Part shown: piece by piece, positions 26,533-38,709 of the stretch
Layout: each line of letters begins with the position of its first letter
How positions within the stretch are numbered: the first letter of the stretch is position 1
NCBI GenBank assembly: GCA_002104945.1
Contig: MCFH01000073.1
Span: forward strand, 1-64,000
DNA: 64,000 bases
Direction: 5' to 3'
From: Piromyces finnis finn
Taxonomy: Eukaryota; Fungi; Neocallimastigomycota
Notes under the pieces: model-generated
What the model was told of the DNA's origin: nothing
Databases searched by the model: none
Seen by the model: only the letters and a program-made list of their open reading frames with translations
Position numbers and translations under genes: made by a program

Positions 26533-28199
26533 TTCGTTAAATAGGTTCAGTTAATACATTTTAAATAATTTTAATAACCTTATTAGTAATAGTAATTACT
26601 AAACATTAGATAGTTAAATTTAATATTATTATATAAATACATGTAAAAATTAGTTATTTTAAAAACTAGTTTTTTCTAGTTTTTTAATCGTTAATCACTA
26701 TTATATAGTAAAAATTCTCATATAACTAAATTTTGAGGATTAAAAGAATTAATAATTAATAAAACAAGTTTTTTAAATAAACATCAAAACTATAAAAACA
26801 TTATAAATAAGCGTGTTAAAAATAATTTCAAGTGTAAATTATCAAATAGTAACAATTATATAAAGATATTTTTCATCATTTTATCGATGTAATTGTTATT
26901 AATAAAATTTCTATTATAAAAGATATTTTTAATAAAACAATTTTTATTTTTATTTTAAATTTAGTGTTATTGTAATAGAATAGATATCCTAATCTATTCT
27001 TTCTGTGTCAGCATTACATAAACACTTCAATAATAAGAATTTAAAAAATTTTTCAAAAAATTTAAAAATTTCTCATTCTAAAAAAGATTTTAATAATTCA
27101 TTTTCTGACAATACTAATAATAATTCTACTAATTTCTCTCATAAATCTAATTCTCAAGATAAAGATAATAATTCTACGTCTTTTAATAAGAGTGATATCA
27201 ATTATTTTATCCATTCATTTTTATCTGAAAATGTTGAAAATTTCTATGATGATGAAAAATGACCTAACCCTTATTATGGATGAAATCCCTAATAAATATA
27301 AAGACCTTGCTGTTGTTTTCAGCAAATCAAAAGCTGATATGTTACCACCACATCATTTAACTGATTGTAAAATAGTCCTAGAAAATGATGCCACTTTACA
27401 TTATGGACCTATCTATCCTTTGTCAAGACAAGAGGAAGAAGCCTTACAAGAGTTTTAATGAAAGTCTTAAAAAAGGTTTTATTAGGCCCTCTGAATCTCC
27501 TGCAGATTATCTTGTTGTTTTCCAGAAGAAAAAAGATGGCTCACTAAGGGTTTATATTAATTACAAAAAGTTAAACGCTGTAACAGTAAGGAATTCGTAC
27601 CCTTTACCTTTAATATCAGATAACATTGAAAGGGTTAAGGGTTCAAAAATTTTCACTAAATTGGATTTGAGATCAGCTTATAATTTGATAAGAATAAAAG
27701 AAGGTGATGAATATAAGACCGCTTTTAGAACAAGGTTTGGACATTACGAATATTTAGTAATACCATATGGATTAAAAAATGCTCCAGCAACATTTCAGTC
27801 ATTCATAAATTTATCCAAATATTATGCGAATATTTGGATAAATTTGTTATTTTATATGGATGATATTTTAATTTTCTCGGAAAATCTTAAAGACCATATC
27901 AATCATGTAAGATCTGTTTTAGAAAAATTAATACAAAATAACTTATGCAAATTTTGAAAAATGTGAATTTCATAAAAATAAAGTTGAATTCTTAGATTTC
28001 ACTATCTCAGATAATGGTATCTCTACTGATCCAAAGAAGATAGAAACTATTAAAGAATGGCCTAGACCAAAAGGTGTTAAAGATTTCAACACTTTCTTGG
28101 TCTTTGTAATTATTATAGAAGGTTTGTTAATAATTTTGCAAAAATTGCCAAACCTTCACATAATTTAACTAGGAAAAATGTTAAATTTTATTGGGATAA

Positions 28200-29340
28200 G
28201 ACAGAAATACTGATCCAATTAGTTTCCTTCTTAATATCATCGATATTATAATATTTATATTCTTCACTTTGACTTTGTACAACTTTTTCAACAAAGAGAA
28301 CATTATCAAGTTTTTTGACGATTTAGATAATTTCTGTAAAGATATCAAACGCCTCAGCTTGATATCTTTAATGTAACTTAAGCCACAAGTATTATTTTTT
28401 AAGTTACACAATTTATATTACAGAAAAAGAAAATGAGACATAATTTATTTATTAATAATTAAAGTTTGAAACAAAATAAATTATTAATTTTTAATGTTTT
28501 ACAAATAAATTAAATTTCTCAATTTAATTTCTTAGTTTTAGTATTGTTTTTGATAGAAAAAGATGAATAGTATATAAATAATAAATGATTAATATATAAA
28601 TAATACATGGGCACATATTCAAATTAAATAGTATTTGATTTGGATTGCCTATTTAATTTTACTAAAATAATTATAGTTTAAATATTTTATTAATAATTAA
28701 GATTTTAGTGTAGGTTTTAAATAATAATATATTTTAAATAGTTATAATATAATATAAATGTATTTAGGAAAAATATAAATAGAAGATATTTTTCATCATT
28801 TATCAATGTAATTGTTATTAATAAAATTTCTATTATAATAAAAGATATTTTTTATAAAACAATTTTTATTTTAATTATAGTGTTATTGTAATAGAATAGA
28901 TATCCTAATCTATTCTTTCAGTGTTCAACATTACAATTTCTGAAGAGAGGTAAACTCTAATTGCGAAATAATTAGTAATGGGGCAAAGATGACTAACTAA
29001 ATTTGATGTTATTGGAATTTCTTCCATTATTTCAGTTGAATTGGTGATGGAGCGCTTGAAATTTTCGTTCAAAACTTTTCTATTTTCGTTAATAAATCTA
29101 AATTTTCTTTTTTTTATTTTTGTCGTTGTTGCGTTTTATTAAATTTAAAAAATCCAATTCTTCTAATTTTTTATCAGGTTTACCGTTACCTAATACAAAT
29201 GTATGTTTATTTTCGTCAATAATGTTATAGATATCATTCATTCTATCATTTACAAGTTCATCTATTTTTTTATATATTTTTATTCTCAAAATTATATTTT
29301 TTATCAATCGCTTTTCTTTGAATAGAGACAATATAATATG
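28200..29340 (-). pseudogene. Degraded unknown intronless coding sequence interrupted by the R2 LTR
   Basis: Coding-like frames on both sides of the LTR (KHTFVLGNGKPDKKLEELDF...; LDNVLFVEKVVQSQSEEYKYYNIDDIKK). No family recognised. Confidence 0.35.
28335..28935 (+). mobile_element. Solo LTR, family R2
   Basis: TGTAAAG...CATTACA; exact 5-bp TSD ATTTC (28330-28334 / 28936-28940). Confidence 0.92.
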
Positions 29341-30791
29341 AGTTTTGACTAATTGTTATATTAATAAAATAACTAAAAATTATAGTTAATATTAAATAAT
29401 ACATTAAATAATACATTTTTTCATTATTTTTTTCAATAATAATAATAGTTAATAATAATAATTTGTTGTCTCAAAAAAAATGTTATTTATATAATTTATT
29501 ATTATAAATAATATTAAGTAATTGTATAGTATGTAATAATTTAATTAATAAATTAAAAGATATTATAGATTTTATATTATTTTATATTATATATTATATA
29601 TATATATATATTAAAGGCTAATAAATGAAAAAATAAGTTTTTATATATATATACAAAATTCACAAGTATGAAATAAATTATATTTAAGCATTTAAATTTA
29701 AATTCTATAATAAATATTAAGGTAGTACAAATAAAAATTATTAAGGAATAAGATTAAAGAAAATAATAATAATATTTATTTTATTTCATTTCATTATAAT
29801 TAATATTAGTTTAACTGAAATTTGTTTACTTTTGTTTTATTTTGCTTTTTGTTTTTTCATCTTAGTTTATTCAAACAATATCAATATAAAAATAACAACT
29901 AATTGCTTACACTTAATTTTTTTGTTTTTTAAGAAAAAAGATGGTTCCTTAAGACTTTGTATTAATTATAGAAGGTTGAATGACATTACTATTAGTAATT
30001 CATATCTTTTACCTTTAATTAGTGGCCCTCTGGAAAGAGTTAAAAATGCTAAGATTTTTACTAAGATAGACCTTAAATCCGCTTAAAATCTTGACCGTAT
30101 TAAAGAAGGCGATGAATACAAAACTGCTTTCCGTACTAGATATGGCCATTTTGAATATTTGGCCATGCCTTTTGAATTAAAAAATGCACCTTCAACTTTT
30201 CAATACTTCATTAGCGATGATTATTTAGATGTTTTTGTTATCTCATATATTGATGATATTCTTATTTATTCTAATAATATCGAAGAACATCATGAACATG
30301 TTAAAAAGGTACTTAAGAAACTACTTGAAAATAATATTTATAGTAAATTAGAAAAATGTGAGTTTGACGTTGAGAAAACTACTTTCCTTGGATATGTCAT
30401 TTCAAAAGATGGTTTGCAAATGGACGAGAATAAACTTAAAGCAATTCTCGATTGGCCAGTGCCAAATAATGTTAAGGAGGTTCAGTCTTTTATTGATCTT
30501 TGTAACTACTACAGAATCTTTATTAAAGACTTTGCTAAAATTGAAAACCCTCTTCACAAACTCACTAGAAAAAATGTTGCTTTTAATTGGGTAAAGGAAG
30601 ATCAGGATGCTTTTATTTTATTAAAAAATCAGTTCACGTCTGCTCCTATTCTGAAACATACGGATAGTAATAAACAATTTATTGAAGAAGCTGATGCTAG
30701 TAATTATGCTGTTGGTGCTATTCTTTTTCAAGAGTTCGACGGCAAATTGCATATCTTTCTAAGAGTTTGACGAGTTGTCAAAGAAACTATC

Positions 30792-31532
30792 TGTAAAGAT
30801 ATAAAATATATCTTTAAATTATTTAATAATTAATTAATAATTATTAAATAATAATTTTGATACTTTAATAAAAATTTATTTATAAAATTTATTATAAAAA
30901 TTTTATGGAATAATTAAATAAAGATTAATTTTAAAATATCAAAATTGGAAATGAAATTTGGATAAATATTTAAATTAATGAGTAATTAAATTTAAATATT
31001 TTAAATATTCAAATTAAATCTTAAAAAGTTTTTATTTAATTAAAATTAGTTTAATAACTTTAACGTAGTTTTAAATTAGCATTTTTTAATAGTAAATATA
31101 TAATAAATATTATTATTAATATTTAATTAATATATAGGTAATACATGGACTGTATTCAATTTGTAGTTTACTCAAATTGAATCAAAAGTGTATTTAATTA
31201 GTTTTAGTTCAGGTTTATTATTTTATTATTTAATTAAGTTGGTATTAAATTAGGTTTGTTTATTTTATATTGAGTATTTGTATAATTAAATAGAATAGTA
31301 TATTAAAATATAATCTATAAAAAATATAAATACATGTAAAATTTCGTAATTTAAAACGATGTAATTGTTATTGACTATAATTTAGTTAATAACTAAATAA
31401 AATTAATAAAAGAGAGGTTTTAAAATATATTTTGTTATTTTTTGTTTTTTTATATTTTTTGTTTTATTTTTTGTGTTTTGTTTTATTGAAAAAGTTTTAT
31501 AATCTGTTTTAATTCTGGATAAAACTTTTACA
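30792..31532 (+). mobile_element. Solo LTR, family R3, inserted in the RNase H region of gypsy copy 2
   Basis: TGTAAAG...TTTTACA; exact 5-bp TSD CTATC (30787-30791 / 31533-31537); removing it restores QRNYPIYDKELL. Confidence 0.93.
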
Positions 31533-33443
31533 CTATCCTATATATGACAAGGAGCTTTTAGTCATCATAGTTGCTATCGAAGAATGGTGTTATTATTTAG
31601 AGGTTGCACGCCATCAATTCATAATTTATACTGATCATAAGAACTTAACATTTCCTAAAAAACCTGAAATGTTATCTCAGAGATAAATTAGATGGAATTT
31701 GTTCTTATCTAGATTTGATTTTAAGCTCATTTATAGAGCTGGAAAGAAATCTGGTAAGCCTGATATACTATCTCGTAGAAGTGATCACTTGGTGAACGAA
31801 ATTAATTCTGATGTTTCTTGTCTTACTATTTCGCTTCATCATAGCGATAACAAACCGTTAATCGATTCTATTTTATTAGAACTTAAAAATGACGATTTGT
31901 ATAATTCCATTGTCCAATTTAAAATGAATGATTCTACAAGTAATGGTCCTATTAAAAATATTGATAAAGTTATTATCGATGATGAAGGATTTTTATTATT
32001 TAATAATCTTATTTATGTTCCAAAGTCTCTTAGGACTAGAGTTTTGGAACTTCATCATTATTCCGTTGCTGCTGGCCATTTCGGCATTAAGATAACTGTC
32101 GAACTTATTTCAAGAAACTTTTAGTGGCAAAGATTTCATTCAGATGTTAAACCCTTTATTAAATCTTGCGTGGCTTGTTGCAAATCCAAAGTCCCCAGAC
32201 ATAAGTCTTATGGATTGTTATCCCCTTTGAACACTCCTAGTAGGCCTTGGTCTGATATCTCTATCTACTTTATTGTTGATCTTCCTATGTCCAGAGGTAT
32301 AACTACACTTATGGTTGTTGTCGATAGATTTACTAAATTTGCACACGTTATTCCTTTACGTTGTCTTCCTACTGCTTCGATTGCTGCTTATGCATTTATT
32401 GCTAATGTCTTCCATTTGCATGGTCTTCCTGATTCCATCATTTCTGATAGAGGCTCGCAATTTACTTCTGATTTTTGGTCAAGACTTTGTGACCTTCTCA
32501 ATATTAATCATTCATTATCAACTGCTAACCATCCGCAGACAGATGGCCAAACGGAGAGGGTGAACGGCATATTAGAACAATATTTCCGTTGTTTTATTAA
32601 TAAAAAGTAGAATAACTGGGTTGATCTTATCCCATTTGCTGAATTTGCATATAATAATACTTTACAGCAATCTATAAATCAATCCCCATTCTTTACTAAT
32701 TATGGTTTTCATCCAAAGTTCAGCTTAGAAATCCCAGTTAATGATAGACCTAGTAGAGCTGAACAAAGAGTAGTTGATATGAATGAAAACTTTAAATTAT
32801 TAAAAGAAAACCTAGAAAAAGCAAAAGAAACATATAAGAAATATGCCGATATGAAAAGAATGAGTCCCCCGGAATTCGAAGTGGGAAAGAAGATATGGTT
32901 ATTGAAAGATTCGCCTGGAACTAACTTGAAGAAGAAACTAGCACTTCAAATGCTTGGTCCATTTGAAATAATTGAAAAAGTTAGTTCTCTCGCTTTTAAA
33001 TTGAAACTTCCAAAGACCATGAGATGTCATCCAGTCTTTCATGTCTCATTGTTAGAACCATACTTTAAAAATGAATTTAATGATAGGTCTAACCGTAGGA
33101 AGAGAAATATTCATCTTAACACAGATTTGATTAAAAAAATTCCAGAAAAAATTGAGAAGATTAATCTGTTAATAGTGAAACATTTTATAAGTTATCGTGG
33201 AAGGAATTTGACAAATCCACCTGGACTTCTGAAGATCAGATTCCAGACAAACAATTAATACAAGAGTTCGAAAGAAACTCTAAAAAGTCAAAACATAAGT
33301 CGAATGATTCCTCCATGAAAATTAGAAAGAATAAAGTTGGTAATCTAATTAAGCATAAATACCAACCATTTGTAATTGAAATTCCTTAGAGAAAGGATTT
33401 TTTATAAATTAATCTCTCAGGAGCCCGACTTAGAGAGAGAGAT

Positions 33444-34011
33444 TGTAAAGATATCAAACGCCACAGATTGATGTCTTTAATGTAGCTTAAGTCATAAATA
33501 TTATTGTTTATGTTACACGAATTATATTACAGAAAAAGAAAATGGTATATAATTTATTTATTAATAATTAAAGTTTAAAACAAAATAAATCATTATTTTA
33601 TTTTAATGTTCTGCATATAAATTAAATTTCTCATATTAAACCCCTAGTTTTAGTATTGTTTTGTAATAGAAATAGATATATAGTATATAATTATTAAATG
33701 TTTAATATATCAATAATACATGGGCACATATTCAAATTAAATAGTACTTAATTTGAATTGCCAATAGTTTAAATATTTATTAATAATTAAGGTTTTTGAT
33801 ATAAGAAATAAATAGTTATAATATAATATAAATGTATTTAGGAAAAATATAAATAGAAAATATTTTACATCATTTTATCGATGTAATTGTTATTAAAAAA
33901 TTCTATTATAATATAAGACATTTTTTTAAAAAACAATTTTATTTATTTTATATTTAGTGTTATTGTAATAGAATAGATATCCTAATTTATTCTTTCCGTT
34001 TTTGCATTACA
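33444..34011 (+). mobile_element. 3' LTR (family R2) of gypsy copy 2
   Basis: Directly follows the PPT; TGTAAAG...CATTACA; identifies R2 as the LTR of this chromovirus family. Confidence 0.9.
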
Positions 34012-35846
34012 TTAATATATTTGATTTGTTGAAATGATTTTTTAAAGAATTGCGTTACAAATAATCCAATGAAAATAAATATAATATTTTTATTGTTCAT
34101 TATATACTATTATTGTTAATTAAAATAATAATAAATCATAGATATTTTTATATTTTTTATCTTTATAAATAATATTTATATATAATATCTAAATAATAAT
34201 ATTTCTATTTGTATTAAAATATAATATTTATAAATTTATTATAAGATTTCCGTTAATATTTTTGTTTAACTTCATATTTTATAATTAAGTTTTTTCTTTT
34301 ATAAAACTATTTAAATATTCCTGAAATTTAATATTTTAAAGTAATAAAAAATAGTTCATTTTAATAATAATAAATGTAATATATTTTTTTAATAAATTTA
34401 ATATATTATAATATATTTATATTAATTTAAATATATATATCTATACATATATCTTTATTCCATAATAAAATATAATAATAAATTAATAATTAAAAAATAT
34501 CCACAATTATAAAATGATATATATATATATATATGTATATATTATAATTTATATATAATAGATATTATTCAATTAATCCGTAATTTATTACTTGAAAAAG
34601 AGTTATCTGATAAACATACAATAACATACAATAATAATTAATAATGCTTTTCATTTTTTGAAGGAATAGGCATTATTCATTGTAATAATCTTACTAAATA
34701 TCAATATACTATTAAATATAACAATAATAATATAAATTACAATCTGAGTAATTTTTTACTTATCAATATTTTGGAAGGAATATAGTATTTTAATATAATT
34801 TTGATTTAAAAGATACAACAAAAACAAAATTTCATATCTATAAATTTACCTTCGTATACACTTATAAATATTTATAATAAATTAATAAAGTTAAATTTAC
34901 TAAGTACTTGTCAATATGTAACTGCTTTTATCAAAAGAATAAATTATTATTACTTTAATAAAAGTTATATTGAAACATATAATTATAATCAGGAGTTAAT
35001 TACAGAATATTAAAATAAAAATGTTGAAGATTCAGATAATTTTATAGTTATTAAATGTTATCATGATAGTATAAAAATCACTAAAAATAAAATTACGTTT
35101 TATGAAAGAGATACCTATGATAATATTATTTGTAAATTATTATCATGTTTAAATTATTCAAGTGACCAAATACTACTTAGATTTACACCATGTATTATTT
35201 CCTTTACCTATCCAATAGCTATAAATTTCCAATTATTTGATTTGATGTTGTATGAAGGTGCTTTATATCCTTATATATATACCAATGAAAATGAAAATAT
35301 AATAAAAAATCAAGAAAAATTAGTATATATTATTTGTAAAGTTTATATTTATTTATATACTTTGTATCAATTTTATATATTTATTTTATTATTTAAATAA
35401 TTATTTGGTTTTATTATTATTTTATTATATTTCACAAAGAATTAACAAATTTATATTAAAAAGGATAACTTTAACATAATACAATATTAATTCATTATGA
35501 TAAATACACAATATTCTTATAATGTATAATTAATTTCATTATATATATTATGTAGATGAATAAATAGATAGATAGATAACTTTAATATCATTAAGTTTAT
35601 ATAAGTTATTTATAAATTAGTTATGACTAATTATATTTATATATATTAGTTTCTAAGCCATATTTTAGTATAAAAGCATTAAAAAATTTTAAAGATCTTT
35701 CCTTAGAAAAATGATCTATATATAATTATATTTAAAATATAAATATAAGTTTTTAAAAAGTATAAAGGATTATAAATTATTTATTGTAATTATTTTTATC
35801 TTTACAATTATTTATATAAATTGTAAATTTATAAACCATTCATAAT

Positions 35847-36023
35847 TTATTAATAAAATAAATACTAAATTATAAAATGATAATATGTTTATTATAATAA
35901 AGTTAGAAATTATTTAAAAAAAAAAAAAAAGCAGTTATTAATAAAATAAATACTAAATTATAAAATGATAATATGTTTATTATAATAAAGTTAGAAATTA
36001 TTTAAAAAAAAAAAAAAAAGCAG
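35847..36023 (+). repeat. Tandem duplication of an ~88-bp A-rich unit ending in poly(A)-GCAG
   Basis: 35847-35934 is repeated at 35935-36023; ends in a plausible 3' splice acceptor in front of the coding-like segment. Confidence 0.8.
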
Positions 36024-36799
36024 AAGAAATTGATTGTGAGAAGTTTGTTAAAATAATTGTGGATAAAATTAAATCTCGTATAATAAAAGAAAATATTCAT
36101 GAACAGAACTTTGAATTTGAAGGATTTGATAAATATTATCTACTTGAAAATGGTTTCGTTAATTTAGATGATGAGGATGTTAACAAAATATTAAATAATG
36201 TTGTATTATCGGGAACTAAAGTTATTGTTAAAGCTACATTGAAAGCTATAGGTAATGAACATTTTATAGAAATTATAGGGTTAGAATTAAACGATCTTTT
36301 TGATAATGAATACATTGATAAGGAAAGGTCTATGTAATTGGTATATGCTAATTCAATGACTATTGATTTTGAATTACGTAAAAAGAATATTTTAAAGCAG
36401 TTAACAAAAATTGTAAATGCATACATTTATCTATACAGTATGCAACATACAGAATTACTAATTAATTTCATGTGTTGTGATAATACAATTACACACATGT
36501 CTCGTTTTGGAATGGAAAATGGTAATTACTCTTTTATTTCTCGATTATCTTTTGAAGATCCGTTTAGGGTAATTCAAGATGTCTTTTATAGTGTCAGAGA
36601 TGATTTAACATCTATATCTCCAAAATTAATTATAGGAATATACAATGATGAAGAAGATGAAAAGAATGAAAATTCTGTAAATACTAAAAATAATGAAAAT
36701 AATGAAAATAATGAAAATAATGAAAATAATGAAAATAATGAAAATAATGAAAATAATGAAAATAATGAAAATAATGAAAATAATGAAAATATTAAATAA
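36024..36799 (+). pseudogene. Unknown protein with one in-frame stop (TAA at 36335-36337) and an (ENN)n tail
   Basis: ORFs 36059-36337 and 36338-36799 are contiguous in the same frame. Confidence 0.5.
36689..36790 (+). repeat. 9-bp minisatellite (AATAATGAA)n, about 11 copies
   Basis: Directly visible. Confidence 0.95.
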
Positions 36800-36981
36800 G
36801 AAACGATTTTATTTACTAAATTATATAAAATTATTTTTTAAAATCTTTATAATTTTTAACCCCTTTAAAAGTAAAAATTATAATATTATTAAATAATTAT
36901 AAAAGTATTTTTAAAAAAATAAAATATAAATATATAATTAAATATTTTTTTAATTTATTTATTTGAATTATAATAAATAAA

Positions 36982-37618
36982 TTATAATAAATCACTAATA
37001 TTGTTATTTAAGTCTTTTAATAAACTTTTAAATCCTGTTTCTACATAATGATAATAATAATATAGTTTAGATTTGATGATATCTTTATTTTTAATAGCTT
37101 TTTCACATATATTCTTATATAAGTCTAAAGACATGATTTTATCACCTAATAGAGTTGAATTTTTATTAGATGAAAATGAATTAGTATTTATAATAATATA
37201 ATCAATTTTTTCACCAATTTTGTAATCTAAATTATACATTTTATGATTATTACCAAATAATAAGACATAATAAGAGCGACTAACATATTTTGGTCCAATA
37301 GGCAATTTTATAATCAACTTTTCTAATAGTACGTCACCAGAAAGTAATTTATTTTCCATTTCTAATACCTTATGATGTATCTATTTTTCTGGATAATCAA
37401 AAAGAATCATGCATAAAAATATTTTAATAATATTTTATAATAATCTTTAATGAAAAGACAAGTATTTTTTTAATAATATCTATTTCTTTAATATGCAATT
37501 CTGATATATTTATTAAAATACCACAATACTCTTTTTTGGATATAATCAACATTCTTTTAAATGTGCTTTCATAACTTAAATTCATTCTTTCTGGTAATTT
37601 TTGAAAGTAATGATTTTT
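36982..37618 (-). pseudogene. C-terminal relic of a family B DNA polymerase, virus-like
   Basis: LPERMNLSYESTFKRMLIISKKEYCG (KKRY-motif region), LHIKEIDIIKK[frameshift]TC (KG.E..RRD-like), IGEKIDYIII and YYY near the end; frameshifts and stops; no introns; no terminal Cys-rich zinc module. Confidence 0.7.
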
Positions 37619-37657
37619 TATTTAATTTTAATAAAGAAGAAACAAAGAATATAAAAG

Positions 37658-38709
37658 ATGAAGGTTATTAATTTTGGTGGTGTTAACGAAACTGTATATG
37701 AAATTTCCAATTTCCCACAAGAAAAACTTGATGAAATATTCAAGGATGATGTTTTTACTGTTATTGGTTATGGTACACAAGGTCGTAACCAATCTCGTAA
37801 TTTAAGAGATATGGGTTTCAACGTTATCATTGGTCTTCGTAAGGGTCCATCTTGGAAACCTGCTAAAGAAGACGGTTGGATTGAAGGTGAATCACTTTTC
37901 GAAATAATTGAAGCTTGCCAAAAAGGTATCATTATCATGAATCTTCTTTCCGATGCCGGTAAAAAGAATTGCTGGAACACCATTAAGCATTAAGGATTTA
38001 GTTCACGGAAAGACTCTTTACTTCTCTCACGGTTTCTCTATTGTCTTTAAGGAAAAGACTGGTGTTGTTCCACCAGAAGACTGTGACGTTATCATGGTTG
38101 CACCAAAGGGTTCTGGTACTACTGTTCGTACTCTTTTTTTAGAAGGTCGTGGTATCAACTCTTCCGTTGCTGTTTTCCAAAACTACAGTGGTAAGGCTGA
38201 AGAAAGAGCCCATGCTGCTGGTATTGCTATTGGTTCAGGTTGTCTTTATCCAACTACTTTTGAAAGAAAAACTTACACTTATCTTACTGGTGAACGTGGT
38301 ACACTTATGAGTTGTATCCAAGGTTGTTTCAAAGCTCAATTTGAAGTTTTAATTGTTAATGGTCACACTCCATCTGAAGCTTTCAATAAAACTGTTAAAG
38401 AAGCCACCCAATCTCTCTATCTACTTGTTGGTAAGAATGGTATGGATTGGATGTATGATAACTGTTCTACCATAGCTTGTCGTGGAGCTCTTGACTGGAT
38501 GGAGATTCTATGCTGCTACTAAACCAGTCTTTGAAGACTTTTATGAAAGTGTTAGAAATGGTACAGAAGCTGAAAATACTTTAATTGCCAATTCTAAATC
38601 AGACTAACGTGAAAATCTTGCTAATGAATTAAAGAAACTTCGTGAATCACAAATGTGGCAAACAACTATTACTGTTCGTTCTTTTCGTCCAGAAAACCAA
38701 AAAGGTTGA
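37658..38709 (+). pseudogene. ILV5: Ketol-acid reductoisomerase pseudogene, intronless, no N-terminal targeting sequence
   Basis: INFGG, IGYGTQG, MNLLSDA, YFSHGFS, VAPKGSG, GERGTLM, NGHTPSEAFN, GMDWMYDNCST, RPENQ; frameshifts near 37990 and 38500, internal stop near 38605. Confidence 0.9.

Larger units (their letters stand above)
22321..26868 (+). mobile_element. Unclassified integrase-less retroelement with 403-bp direct terminal repeats
   Basis: Right repeat 26466-26868 equals left repeat 22322-22646 plus 23379-23456 (split by an R3 LTR), with no differences seen by eye; single RT-RNase H ORF; target AAGATATTTTTCATCATTTT duplicated at 22301-22320 and 26863-26882. Confidence 0.8.
21856..27018 (+). 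mobile_element. R2 solo LTR inserted in gypsy copy 1 and split by the RT-RNase H element (LTR pieces 21856-22320 and 26863-27018)
   Basis: TGTAAAG start, CATTACA end, exact 5-bp TSD TAAAC (21851-21855 / 27019-27023). Confidence 0.9.
20469..28200 (+). mobile_element. Decayed Ty3/gypsy (Tf1/sushi-like) retrotransposon, copy 1: gag, protease, then RT after a nested insertion
   Basis: Gag-like ORF 20469-21140; protease motif MLDSGSSCNF at 21395-21652; RT resumes at 27024-28200 ([35 protein letters not shown]) with stops and frameshifts; truncated before RNase H. Confidence 0.9.
29925..34011 (+). mobile_element. Decayed 5'-truncated Ty3/gypsy chromovirus, copy 2: RT, RNase H, integrase, chromodomain, PPT, 3' LTR
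   Basis: YIDDILI; DASNYAVGAIL; HHCC region (HHYSVAAGHFG...C..C); rve core (FIVDLP, SDRGSQF, HPQTDGQTERVN); chromodomain-like WKEFDKSTWTSE; polypurine tract AGAGAGAGAG before the LTR. Confidence 0.92.

Noticed and set aside
22321-26868. Classification as a DIRS/Ngaro or Penelope element
   Set aside because: No tyrosine recombinase ORF in any frame, the repeats are neither inverted nor split-direct, and the RT is Ty3-type with RNase H rather than PLE-type with GIY-YIG.
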